Assembly: GCA_013265495.1 (NCBI GenBank)
Contig: MU058213.1
Coordinates: 6,650,066 to 6,714,065 of the forward strand
DNA from: Vicugna vicugna
Lineage: Eukaryota
Length of the DNA: 64,000 nucleotides
Direction of reading: 5' to 3'
Below are positions 26,440 through 39,184 of this stretch, piece by piece (the stretch's first letter is position 1; every line of letters starts with the position of its first letter). The notes beneath the pieces are model-generated. The model was not told the DNA's origin, made no database searches, and saw only the letters and a program-made list of their open reading frames with translations. The position numbers and the translations under genes are program-made.

Positions 26440-26940
26440 GCAAATGTCCATTAACAGATGACTGGATAAAGAAGTTGTGGTATATTTATACAATGGAATA
26501 CTACTCAGCCATAAAAAACGATAAAACAATGCCATTTGCAGCAACATGAATGGACCTGGAGATTGTCATTTTAAGTGAAGTAAGCCAGAAAGAGAAAGAA
26601 AAATACCATATGATATCACTCATATGTGGAATCAAAAAAAGAAGACAACGATGACAACAAATGAACTTATTTACAAAACAGAAAGACTCATAGACATAGA
26701 AAACAAACTTATGGTTACCAGCAGGGGGAAGGGATAGGAAGGGATAAATTGGGAATTTGATTATTTATAGATACTAACTACTATATATAAAATAAACAAC
26801 AAGTTTCTACTGTATAGCACAGGGAACTATATTCAACATCTTGGAGTAACCTATAATGAAAAAGAATGTGAAAAGGGAATACATGTTTGTATATGTATGA
26901 CTGAACTGTTACTCTGTACACCAGAAATTGACAAAAAAAA
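26440..26940 (+). mobile_element. Young 5'-truncated L1 (ORF2 end + 3'UTR)
   Basis: aaatgtccattaacagatgactggataaagaagttgtgg...ggaatactactcagccataaaaaa...ctgtatagcacagggaactatattcaa...ccagaaattgac + A-run. Confidence 0.93.
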
Positions 26941-27816
26941 GGCTGAGGGGCAGTAAGTTGGTAAGACGCACACCTACCTACTCTGCGTGGAAAACATTAA
27001 TCCTGTAATAATAAATTTTAAAATGGAAAATAAAAATATATGCAATGCATATCCATGCTTATCATTTGATCACATAATTAAATATTATTTCTCAGATGTC
27101 TTTGCTCCAAATTTTTAAAGAGTACTCATATATCTATTTTTGTGTAGAGAAAAAGATTATCTTAAAAGATTCTCTCTCATTACAGTTGTACTGGAATTCT
27201 TTAGTAAACACGAAACTTGGTATTAAGCAAATGTACACGCAAGGTGGAAGGGGGCTTAGACACATCTGTGGGTCTGTAAAGGACAGTGTCCTTGAGGCCA
27301 CAGCAAGCAGGCTTCAGTCTGGTCAGCCCGGTCCCTGGCCCTGCCGTAACCTGGGACGGTGTCTACCCTTTGGTTTCCTGCCTACATCCCACACTATACA
27401 CGTGACATAAAAAGGGCACAGAGCAATGCCTGCTGCTCCAGAACCAGCATTTCCCAATGCTAATGCCCTTGTGAACTCACTGCTCTCATAGCGTCTGGAA
27501 CCTGCTTATCTAGATCTTCACAGCCTGTTTGTCCTTGCTTTGGCTGAAAGTCCTTGGATTTTGCATCTTCCTTCCAACCATTCCTAGGCAGCTCACCTGA
27601 TCTCTCACCAGCCTCCCAGGCTTTGAACTTAAGCAGCAGAAATACCAAACTGCAGGTGGGGGGGTTCCCCTGCCTGCCCTTCAACCACACTTCCTCCTCA
27701 GTGTCTTTGTTCACATCAGTCCTCCATCCAAATTGACCTGCTCATCCCAACCAGCCCCTCATCCCTCTAGTCCTTTAAGACTCAGTTAGGTGTTACCCTT
27801 CTAGGACACCATCTCC

Positions 27817-28297
27817 TGCAATAGGGAAGAACAAATCTGACTCTATATTAGATCTGTTTCTTTTATTTTAAACTTTGTATTCTATTGCTTGTTAATCACT
27901 AAAGGGATGTTGCCTGTAAGCTTAAATTACACATAAAGGACTATCTCTGGCAACCCTGCCTCCCAGGTAATGAGCATTAAGCTAAAATAACTTTGTTTAT
28001 CCCATAGGAAACCTCCTGACCAGGCCCACCAGAGAATGACTGCAGGAAGGAAGAAATTAACACATTCCCTCCAGAGGCTGACCGGAACCAGGAAAAGTTT
28101 GACTTTACTCCCTCCCCTTTCAGTATAAAAGCAGCATGAATTCTAACTCAGGCAAGATGGCTCTTTGGGACACTAGTCCACCCTCTTCTCAGTCTGCTGG
28201 CTTTCCAAATAAAGTCACTATTCTTTGTCTCAGCAATCTGTCTCTAGATTTATTGCCCTGTTGTGTGGCAAGCAGTATGAGCGTGGACTTGGTAGCA
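27817..28297 (+). mobile_element. ERV1 solo LTR (MER41-like)
   Basis: TG...CA ends, 4-bp TSD ctcc (27813-27816, 28298-28301), tataaaa at 28124, aataaa at 28208; ggcaagatggctctttgggacactagtccacc...tctgctggctttccaaataaagtc resembles MER41. Confidence 0.85.
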
Positions 28298-31200
28298 CTC
28301 CTGTGATGGATCTTGCATATGCACTTTTGCATAGTGCATTCTGCATTATTTTGAAATTATCACTTTAGGTGCCTTGTCTCCTCAGAGCTTCTCCTTGGCA
28401 TACTCAGCATTTAGCACAATGGCTGGGGTGGATTGGGCACTCGGTACTGTCGGTGGAACTAAGATGCCTCCCAGCCCTGACCTGCTGGTCCTTTCCTGCC
28501 GTGCCTGCCCTGCCATGAAGCGCCCATGCAGAGGGGGAGCCTGGGGCCACAGGCACCAAGAAGGAAGTCCTGTGTTCTGGTAGTACCACCAGCTCCTCTC
28601 CTTGCCAAGCTTTCCTCAATATGTCATAGGCAGAGCTGCAAACACAGACACACAGATGCCTAAAAACAGATTTCCATTTGAAAAATACAAGAATAGAAAG
28701 AAGTAAATCCCAGTCCTTAGCTGATTTTTACAGGTGTAACCTGACATGACAGAGGGGCCAGGAGAGGGGGCACGTGTTAGCTTCCCAGCCACATCCAAAT
28801 CTCCCTTTCCTCGCACTTCCACAAAGTCTGCCCACACATGCTAATAGGTGTCCATCTATCACTTTCACCTAAAACATATAAACAGGTGACGCTGAAATGA
28901 GCTCATATGCATTGCGTTGTCATGATCACACCCTCCATTTCCCACACTGGAGATGCCATCACTCACACAATGGAGCACGCTTTCCCGTACACATAGTCCT
29001 CCCAAGTTACAAAACACTTCTCAGATGTGTCAGCTCATTTGATTATCAAAACACTGTATGGGTAAGAAAGGTACAGGAAGATGGATCAGGCTGTTAGGAG
29101 CAAGCACTAGGGGTGGGTGGATGTCACAGGTAGGCCATGAGGTCATGTACCCACAGTGCACAGGTAGGGTTCGGTTAGATGAGCTGGTGGGGCTGTAGCC
29201 TTCTCTTTACCTGTGTCTTCCCTCTTAAGGGAAGTCCCCTTATGAGGACCACAGGCTGCTTCTAACACCTGCTGCCCCATGATACCCGACATGCTGAATC
29301 AATGAAGAAAGGAAGACTGGTCTCCCTTTAAATAGCTTCTTATTAAACTAGTTATGTCAACTCATCCTGATGGATATAAAGTCTGGAGAAAAGAATTTCT
29401 AAATCTAGGCAGAGCTAGGGCCCTATGCATGCTTACAGCAGAATGAGAAGGAAGTCAGAGAAACACATTCAACTCAGTCATAACCTGTTCACCAACCACT
29501 TCCATCTATATAATTCAATCCTTGCTCCTCCATCCATGGCTGGAACACTTTTCTCGCATCCTTAATTTCAGACTACCTGTGAAGACACCATCTCTCCTAG
29601 TTGTCTAGAGGGTATCACAGGAAAGACCCACGCCAGGGGATCTTCTGCCACTTTCCAAAGAAAGGACAGCAGAGTGCAAATGTCCCGACCTGTCCAGCAT
29701 CTCTCCCAAGTTTCCTTGTTACTACTTTGGGGAAATGTAGCTTTTTGGATCCACACCTGGCTAGTCTTGCTTGGTGGAATGTATAATCCTATTTCTAAGG
29801 TGATTCTGATTATTTGAGGTCCTTGTTCACTAAATGGAGCTCTTAATAATAAAAAGGAAGAAAGAGAAAGCAAAAAGGATGGGCAGAGGGAAGGAGAGAG
29901 AGAGGAAAGGAAACCTATCCAGAGCACAAAGCTGGCTCCCAATATCCTCTCGAGGGGATCTTGAGAGATGAAATTGATGATGTTGGAGGAGCAATGGTGA
30001 ATATATGGAAAGTCTCCACCAGGATCACTGCTGGGATGAGGGAACTGGCGGGATGCTACCAGCGTGTGCAGTCTCCTTTAAACAACAATCCCTGAGTAGG
30101 AGGTGCACTGCATCAATACTCAATAAATGTTTAAATCATTTTAAATATTTAATACTAAAACTAAATTTTAAAAAGTTAGTATTAGGAGCTCCTACTGTTG
30201 ACTTTACCCAGTGAAATTTCAAACCTGGCTAGATAACTTGAATATCACCTTTAGACCCCAATTAGTTGTTACCATATGACATAAATGGGTCATATTTTCC
30301 CTTAGCATAAATAAGTAGCTCCTGCTGAGTTTGCCCACTTTCTTTTTTTTTGTCTCTTCCACTTTTGTATCTCCACCAATGTCTAGCACAGCATAAAGAA
30401 TTGGATAAATAGTTGCTGAATACACGAATAACGTGTGAAAGGAACCATGATTCTGGGATTCCAGTTCCAAGCCTGCTATTGGCTTTCTATGTGATCCTGA
30501 GCAGGTCACTTCATAATTCTGGGCCTCCGTTTCCTTATCAGTAAACTGAAGAAAGTAGGGTGGCTGACATTAACAATAGCTAACTCTGACTGACCACATA
30601 AGCCTGGCCCTGTTCTCATCCACACCTGTATGAGCTCATTTAATCTTCACAATGAGCCCTTGAGTTCCTCGGGGTATCTCTCTTTCCGGTGACTTCAAGC
30701 ACAGCTCTTGAAAAAGCACCAAACAAGTGCCCAGGTATCAAGTGTCTCTGGCTAGGACACATACCAGTTGCAGTAAGGCCGCCTTTGGGCACAGAGTTAT
30801 GAGTTTTATATTAGTCAACTGGAAAACCTTTCTCTTTGTAGATTGCAAATTTAGTTTAAAATTTCTCTCAGCCAATAAAAAAAAATATGAGCAGTGGAAG
30901 TATGTAGGGAGAGCAATGGGAGAAAGTCGAAAGGGGAGAGAGATGGTTAGAACTGGCTGTCTCTTTCTGCTAAGATGAAGGAAGGCAGATATCTAGAAAT
31001 CTACTGGAAGGGGACACCACTTGGCCCCCCATGACACAAGTGCATAACTCATTATGGTAACTGCCAGCCCTGTGATGAGTTAATTCACCCATGGTTTCAC
31101 TCACAATGCCCTCTGGGACAACAGGTGTGGGTTGTGGCCGGAAGGGACAGAGGTTAATGAAGATGTCATTACCAGGCTGCCTCCAGGGAGCCCAGTCCAC

Positions 31201-31609
31201 CTTCCCTCAGTCTTGGCCATGCTGAAGCCGAGCTCTATACTGAGAATAATTTTTCCTGACGGGAGAGGAGTTGGCACCCTCGAGAGTCCTAGAAACATTC
31301 TGTTTCTTTTCAGTCTCGTGCAGTTTCCTCAATGGGCGATCCACTTGGCCAACACACTGGGAGCCACGAGCAGAAACAACAGGAGCAAAAAGACTTGCTT
31401 TTAATAGAGCTTTCAATTTGGAAGAAGATATTTGAACAGGGACTTCACTGGGAGGCTCGCTTTTGGAATACTGAGCAAATTTCACACTCATTGTTTCAAT
31501 ATTTGCCATGAAACTCTTGGCTGAATTCTAGTAAGAGACCATCACTTTCCTGGGACCCCAGGGGGGAAAACCCATTTCCTCTTTTCTCCTGTTTACTGTT
31601 ACCAGAAAC

Positions 31610-31910
31610 TGTTGTTGAGAGAGTCGAGTTCAGGGGTTAGGTGCCCAGATGTCAACCCAGACAGACCCAGATGAATCCTGGTACTGCCACCTACTAACTG
31701 TGACAATATGGCCAAAGTCTTTACTGTCCCCAGACTCCATTTTCCTCACCCATAAATCCACTTCAATATCTTTCACAATTTCTTAAAAAAAGGATAAAGA
31801 AGACACCATATAAAGTGGCTCTGAAGATTAAATGAGATATGCATGAAAAGCTTTGAGAACAGAGACCTGCACATAGAAAACAGTCAATAAATCATAGCTG
31901 TTTATTATTA
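31610..31910 (+). mobile_element. MIR SINE
   Basis: gaatcctggtactgccacctactaactgtgac...gattaaatgagatatgcatgaaaagc...caataaatcatagctgttt. Confidence 0.75.
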
Positions 31911-33984
31911 AGATCTTAATTATCACCCAGTGTCTCATTTCTACTGGAGAGGACCTGGTGGCTTGGATGAGAGTATTCAAAATTTCAAAGTCAGACTAAA
32001 ATGGATTTGCTTTTCATGCTAAGTAATTCCAGAGGGAATTACACCTGCATGATGTACTTAGAAGGCTGGTTAGTACATGGAACTCTTTTTTTTTTTTAAT
32101 ATATATTGAGTCACATGTAACAGTTACGGCCCATACTTCCTGGATTTTCACAGCAGGTACAATTTCAAATATCCTGTCCCATGACAGTGAGCCCCAGTCC
32201 TGGTACAGAAAACATGGTCTGCCTCTGTCCAATACCATCCTGCCTCTATAACCAGCTTTTTCTAAAACAGGAGAGTTCTGAAGATTTGGAGAACTGAGCT
32301 CACTGCCTTGGAATCCTTGCCATTCTCTAACGTGGAAGTCAGAGATAAGCGAGCCAGGGTCAGGAGTAACTGCAGTTTTGAGGAGGAAGGTTTGGTAACT
32401 CTATAACGATGCTGAATGCTTCTAGAGTGTCTGCAATTGTGTATGCAAGGGATTTCCTCCTTCCCTCCCCTCTCCCTTCTCTGATGGAAGTAAACTCTGG
32501 GGATAAGACTTTCTGAATCCACACCAATGGGGCACAGCTAGGGCCGTGGGCAAGCTCACGGCAGAGAACAAAGGGAGCCAGAAACTCATGGGCCACCCCT
32601 TGACTCGCCAAGTCCTGGCAATTGAAGTCAACTGAACTCACCTAGATGAGCTTGGCTGCAAGTGATACGAGGGGCCAGAAACACTCCCAATTTGGGATGT
32701 GAAGTATGGGAGGCAACTTCTCAGGGGCTCTCACCTTTTATTCTGGAACCCTTTGTCCCTATTACATTACCACCCTGACTCAAATAGCTCTGTTTCAAAA
32801 CTAAAAATGTCACAAGACATTACTACATTGGTCAGTGAGAGGCATCACCCACCAAAAAAAAAAAATCCAAAGAAAATTAAAAAATATAAAACACCTAACT
32901 TCATACGGAGAATAAACAGGCAGCAAACCCATCCCATTCGCAGACTTTATAGCTTTAATCATAAAGGAAGGAATTCCGGACTCCACCTCAGGGCAGCAAT
33001 CGGCAAAAGGACCAGGTAGGACTCCAATTCCAATCTAAACCTTAATCCCAATGTTTCCTTATTACCAGGATCTATTCTGTCCCAGCAGAAGAAAAAGAAC
33101 TGTCCTGAAAGTTCCTATTTTTACACTCAGCGACCATAATAACCAAACCTGCCGTTGTGCTAAGAGTAGCCCAGGGATTTGTCAAACACAAACTGGAGGT
33201 CGCCACCTCTGGCTTCCACAGCTAGAACACTCTAGAAGTCGCCCTCTGAGTGCCGCTTGGAGTGCAGGACCCTGTTCTGGCCCCGCTGAAGGCAGCCCAG
33301 GAGAAACGTGCTGGCAGCCCAAGGGAGCCGCCAGGAGAGCGCTGAGCCCAAACCCGAGGGAGCCCAGGCCTCCTCCAGGCTGGGGCCCCATCCCTTCCCC
33401 GATCCTAGAAGCCTCAGGGGTGGGGCCAGGCTCTCACACTCCCAGCACAGAGACGTGCTGGGGTGCGGGCTCCTGGGCTCTCAGCCCCAAGAGCTGCCAC
33501 GTGGAATCTTTCCAGACACACTCATGCTCGCTCTTCCTCAGGGCTCTCCTCCTCCGTCTAGTGCTCAGGATTCTCCCAGGCTGTCCTCGGTTTCTGAATG
33601 AATTAATTAACACTTTAAATCAAATGAAATCAATGTGCCACCTTGCCCAGGGACATGTGCAATTTAAAAGAATGGCGGGCTTTGAAGCAATGGCTTTGGG
33701 TGGGGGATAGTTTTGAACAGGAGGGTCCTTCTGATGCCTGTGTGAAACCTTTCCATGTAGATGACTATCTCTTCTGCCTTGCTAAGGGCAGTCAATTCTG
33801 GGAAGAAGAATTGAAAATTCAGGATTCCACAAGATAAGTTGGTGCCGAATAAATAAAGTATCAAAATACACGATTTTTATCTCATTGCTCCTGTGTCTTC
33901 ATACAGGTCCATGAAGGAGTAACAAAAGCAGCACACTGATGGGCCAGTTAGTAAAAGCAAAATGCAGCACCTGGACGTGACGGG

Positions 33985-34230
33985 GAAGGGCAGCCTGGGT
34001 GGTGGGAGCCCTGGGTCCTTATCACAGCTCTGCCACTTCCTTATGAACTTAGGGAAAGTCACCTAACTTGTCACACCCACTGAGTCTCAGTTTCCACATT
34101 TGCACAATAGAATGACAACCCAAGCTGTTCCATAAAGGTACCACGAGAGTCAAAAGGGAAAATCATCTTAAAGTGCCTTGTAAATGACAAAGCACTCCAG
34201 ACACAATAGGTGGTGCTCTGATCAAATTCA
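33985..34230 (+). mobile_element. MIR SINE
   Basis: cagctctgccacttcc...aagtcacctaac...ctgagtctcagtttccacatttgcacaatagaatga. Confidence 0.75.
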
Positions 34231-35430
34231 TGAGGGATTAAGCATTCAAGGTTGCCCGAGTTTTCAGCTGTGGGCATGAATCTGTCCAGAGCATAGAGTG
34301 TTGAGGAGGTGGGAAGGAGGGAGAGGTTGTTGCAAACATGAGGGAACAATAGGAACCAATGAGGCAGGACTCCCAAAGATATTCGTACACATTTCAGCCA
34401 TAGAAGAGATTACACTGGATCTTATCACTTTGCTTCCTCTTTTGCTTTCAAGTCTACGCTTTAGTGCTTGTTGAGCACATATGCTGTGCCCTTATTTCAT
34501 CAGAAGCAAACAGACATCCCTCTCCATGCATAGCAAGAGACACTGCCAAGTCGAGGACCAACAGCTGGCTCTGCAGATGTCAACAACAGCTGTATTCTGT
34601 CATTTCGAGATGCGTTAGTCTCAATCTCCCTCTCTCCTGGTTTTCCGAAACTTTGATGCCTATGTAGAAAATTACGTTATCTTCCTGGTTAGACTCATTT
34701 TGCAACCACACCCAGATGCATCCCGTCACCTTTACAAAATGATGTTCAGTTTGTTCAGGAATCTGAAATAAAAATGAGCTCCTATCAAATGATTAGTGAC
34801 AGAAATGTCAGATGAAGGCAGGATCCAGTTCACCAATCACTTCTAACAAAAGATCTGAATCCTATATCAGCAAGCTAAATCACCTGGCCCCCACAGAGAT
34901 ATTTCAATAGGAAGTCTGTAGACAAAATGGATAGTCCATATTTCCTAGTGCATTTCCCTTACAACAGGTCTGAGGAGCAGGGCTATTACTCAACAGATGT
35001 ACGGAAGCAGCTGGGTTGAAAAGGAAGACAAAGGGAGACGACCACGAGACCTAGATTGTGGCTGTAAGTGCAGGGACTGTTACTTAGGCCAGGATGCTCC
35101 CCTCCATCACAAAGCACCTAACACAGCGGAACTCACAGGTGCCATTCAAAATGAAATCCAAATACTAAACAGGCTGGAGCAGACCCTGATTTAGACAGAC
35201 ACGTTCCCGGGCAGAACTTGTTTGAGTCAACGGCTGCAGGACAAAGTCTTGGCTGGGCATGTGCTGGGACCTGACTGTAGGCATTTGTTAGATGAATGAA
35301 CGGTCATAAGCTATAGGTTTGGACACCTATAAGTTTGGGTTTGGATACCCATGACTGGCGGAAACCATCTAACGAAGTGGATAACGGAGACAACAATGAA
35401 ATAGGGATATCCAGGGAGTTTATCACGAAG

Positions 35431-35519
35431 GCTGCACCAAATTACATTCCCAGCAACGGTGTAGAGGGTTCCATTTTCCCCATACCCTCTTCAGCATTTA
35501 TCATTTGTGGACTTTTTAG
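35431..35519 (-). mobile_element. Short internal L1 ORF2-end fragment
   Basis: gctgcaccaaattacattcccagcaacggtgtagagggttcc...cagcatttatcatttgtggacttttta; partly the reverse complement of the segment type at 21875-21915. Confidence 0.75.
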
Positions 35520-35773
35520 TGTATGTAGTCAACTCTTAATTGTCCCCAAGGATGATATACAGTGACTTTTTCCTTGTCCAGGATTAACCTGTTTATCTGA
35601 GTTGTCTGTTAACAGGATCCCCATTTCTGCCTGAAGACATCAGATACCCCCTTGCAGAAGATAAAAGCTAAGTATTTAGACCAAAACACGTGCTACTTCT
35701 CTTCCTGCTGCAGTGGTTTTAAAACTGTTTGTTTTAGCAGTGGAAATTCTTGAATCAAAATATTAAGCAGAAG

Positions 35774-35951
35774 AATTCAAATCATTATGCTGTACACTTT
35801 AAATTTACACAGAACTGTATGTCAGTTACATCTCAAGAAAACTGGAAGAAAAAAAAATGTTCCCAAGAAATTTTAATAGGTCCCTTCAGCTCAAACATAG
35901 ACACACCTTATCTGAATGATCAAAGCAACAACAACAACAAAAATTTCAAAC
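35774..35951 (+). mobile_element. L1 3' end with probable 3' transduction
   Basis: L1 terminus (aaatcattatgctgtacactttaaatttacac...aaaactggaag) + A-run to 35857, then non-L1 sequence and a second (CAA)n/A tail; TSD atattaagcagaag at 35760-35773 and 35952-35965. Confidence 0.75.
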
Positions 35952-36523
35952 ATATTAAGCAGAAGCCCATGGCACTAGATGTTGGTGGCTCTGACCAGAA
36001 TGTCTCAGATTCTTTTTTACTGTGAGTGAATGGGAGAGAGAGAGAACATCTCCAAGCTGTTAGGTTTTTGTTCCCAACAGCTGGCACCTGCAGCTATTTT
36101 GGGGAAAGTGTCCTCAGCCTGCTTTGCTCCACACCCCACAGCCCAGGTATTTAGGCCCTTCCAGGCAGCTTTTAGCCAAGGACTGATAGGTAGAGGGACG
36201 TGACAGCTTTAGGCTCAGGGGGGACAAGTCACACTACGGACACCCGCTGCAGTATCAGGCAGAAGCTACCCTCTGTGGGATTCCACCTGAAATGACACCC
36301 TGGTTTGGCTTCCTCTGCTTCCCTGAAAGAGGGGAAAGCTTCTAAGTTGACAGAATAGATGTTGTCTGTCCCCAGTATGGAGTCGGCGACAAGGAGGCAC
36401 TAAAGAGGGGCAGAGGGACTCAGGCATCTCAACAGCCTCTGAGTCAGGACTTCAAACTGTGGCATCCTTGTCTTGCTCTGGTCCCTGTGCTTCTGGGGGA
36501 GGAGACCCATTCTGTGTTCAAAA

Positions 36524-36629
36524 GTTCATGGGGAACCTGGTGCTAAACCATTCGTAGATGACCTGCTTCTGGGTTGGGGGATCATACGTAGCAGAGCAGC
36601 TCCCTTGCTGTAATCTATTGAAAGTCAGC
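36524..36629 (+). pseudogene. Retroposed 28S rRNA 3'-terminal fragment (SINE28-like)
   Basis: gttcatggggaacctggtgctaaaccattcgtagatgacctgcttctgggttggggg...cgtagcagagcagctcccttgctgtaatctattgaaagtcagc matches the mammalian 28S 3' end, mostly with CpG transitions; an A-rich tract follows. Confidence 0.92.
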
Positions 36630-37289
36630 ACAAAAAGAAAACTAAACTAAAAGCTACATCCAAAGGGCTAATTTTAAACAAAGTTGAAAAAACAGAAAAA
36701 ATTTTAAATAAAAAAATTCAATTGTTAAAGAAAAAAACTTTAAAAAGAAAAAAGAAAAAGTAAAACAAACGATATTTTATAATCATTTCTGTGGCATTCT
36801 CCCATGTGAAGGAATAGTAGCAAGTGAGGTCAGATGATGAAATATGTATCACATAGAGGATGTCTAGAAAGTGTCTGAGTCAGGGATCTAGAAGCAACTA
36901 TGTGTCATTGCTTTTGCCGGGCCTGCTGACTTCCTTAGCTCTCCAGGAGTGCCCTGCAGCTTACACCGTGCAGCTCAGTGTTCCCGGGCTCAGCCTTCCT
37001 GAACTTGGCTCTGATCCACTCTCGTAGACCAATTCCTCACACTTGACTCAGTCCTGCCCCCCAACCCCCAGTCCCCAACCTGGCTCTTCCTTCTCTGATC
37101 TTATTCTCTCTTTACTCTTTGGACCTGACACACAGCACAGTAACTCCTCCCAGTGATGACTCTAGGTCTTCTCAGCTCTGTAACTCAAGGTCCCTTGGAG
37201 AAGCTCACCGCCTCCTTTGACCATCAGAACCCTCCTACCTAGAGCTGACCTCTCAAGTGGGGTCTGGCCTGATGAATGGATATACTCTT

Positions 37290-37475
37290 GCCCTGGTTTT
37301 CACAACACTTACCTTCATTTGACATACTATATGTTGTACTTATTTATTTCTCTTTCTTCTCTCCTTCTGTTAAAACATAAGTCCCATGAGGGTAGGATTT
37401 TTTTTTTAAATGTGCTTTAACTACTATATCCTCAGTTGTCAACACACAGTCAATGCTTAATAAATATGTTTTGAA
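37290..37475 (+). mobile_element. L2 3' end
   Basis: tacttatttatttctctttc...aacataagtcccatgagggtagg...tgcttaataaatatgttttga. Confidence 0.7.
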
Positions 37476-38466
37476 AATTATTTTTAAGAGATCAATAGTA
37501 AGTGAAGAGATGTCCATGTTCTTAAAATCCTCTCCTTATTGTACAAACAGTTTGGTGCTCAATTTTTTCACTCAAGTGTAATAAATTACCTAACTTATGT
37601 TCTCCAACATTTCAGAAGAGAAAAGAGAGGGGCAAAAGGAGAGAAAAATAAGACAGGCTGAATCAAAGCACACTGTGTATCAGATGTAGTCTTTAAGACC
37701 AATGGAAAGAAAACAAACCATAGGTGAAAACACTTGGATTTGTTACAGTATTCTTTAAAAATGGTGTAGTCTGGGTCGAAATGTGTGTGGACAAATTACC
37801 TTTGGCACTTTGATGTACAGTGTTTTTTCCCATGCAAGGTATTAGGTATAAAAGTATGCCAGTGCTCTATAGAAAATGTAGAAAAGGAGGTACTCATTTT
37901 GATGACAAAGATAGTCTAACTGCTTGCCAGTATAGCCCCTATTTCCACACATTTAAGGGTTAACAGAATATTGAGTGGGCCGACCTTCATCAATATTCCT
38001 TTGGGGGTACACCAGTAAAATTCCTGCCTTCCATTTCTAGCCTGTCTCCAGTAGTCACCGTTGACAATTCTAGATGGAGCGGCCAATTCATTGCTGACTG
38101 AAGATTCCCAAACCAACAGAATTACATAACGGAAACAGCTAACGTCAAATGTTTAGAGGTCCTACTCTCATGACTATGACTGTGTCACAGGCAGTGGATC
38201 AACCCCTATACTTCACAGAAGCCAGATAAAATTAGACAAAAACAAACAAAGCCAGTTATGTTAAGGGATCAAGAGCAACCAAAGCAGCCAGGACTAGATG
38301 GGACATAGAAACACCAGCAGGGAATTTGCAAGAGATACAGGAAAGGTAATAAAGCCAACAAGGGGATCTTGTCTTACCAGTTACCACAGTAACTTCTGGG
38401 GAACTCTGAGACACTGGGTAGAGCTAGCCTGGCGTTATCCCAAATAAGGAGTGAGGAACCTGGATT

Positions 38467-38780
38467 GTTTTGTTGTGATGTAAGTTTCAGGCACGCAGCA
38501 TTACAATTCAACACCTGTACACGCTACGGAGCGATCACCACCACAAATCTAGTGACCATTCATCACCATACCATGTCACCCACCCCAACCCCTTTCCCGT
38601 CTGCTAATCACTAATCTGATCCCTGTTACTATGAGTTTGTTCTATTTTGTTTGTTTCTTTGGGGGATTTTTTAGATTTTTTTTTGGTTTTTTTAGATTCC
38701 ACATATGAGTGAAATCAAACAGTATTTGTCTTTCTCCATCTGACTTATTTCACTTAGTACAAGGTCATCCATGCTGTCAC
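38467..38780 (-). mobile_element. L1 3' end with TSD
   Basis: gtaagtttcaggcacgcagca...tagattccacatatgagtgaaatc...ctgacttatttcacttag; TSD aggaacctggatt (38454-38466) / aggaatctggatt (38781-38793). Confidence 0.85.
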
Positions 38781-38831
38781 AGGAATCTGGATTTTGCTGA
38801 CCATCTGTCTATCGAGTGCTTCTTCTGGGAG

Positions 38832-39184
38832 TGTCTCAGTCAGCTCAGGCTCCTATAACAAGATATCATCAGCATGGTGACTTAAACAAACATGTATCTC
38901 TCACAGTTCTGGAGGCTGGAAGCCTGAGATCAGGGTGCCAGTGTGGCCAGACTCTGGTGAGGACCCTTCTCCTGGTTTGTAGCAGCTGCCTCCTCACTAC
39001 ACCCTCACGCAGCTAAGAGAGAGAAATCATCTCCTCTTAAAGGCATTAGTCTCATTCTTAAGGACTCCCCCTCATGAACTTAATTACCTCCCAAAGCCCC
39101 CCATCTCCTAATGCCATCATATTGGGGGCCAGGGTTTCAACATAGTAAGAATTTTGGGGAAATGCAAACATTCAGTCCATAGCA
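38832..39184 (-). mobile_element. MLT1A-like MaLR solo LTR
   Basis: tgtctcagtcagctcaggctcctataacaaga...ctcacagttctggaggctggaag...taattacctcccaaag...aaacattcagtccatagca. Confidence 0.88.

Noticed and set aside
33051..33710. Longest ORF in the track (219 aa)
   Set aside because: No recognisable domain; Pro/Gly/Ser-rich composition explained by local GC richness, with overlapping open frames on both strands; no splice or codon-bias support.
36524..36629. Active 28S rRNA gene
   Set aside because: Only the last ~105 nt are present, mutated, with no rDNA context.
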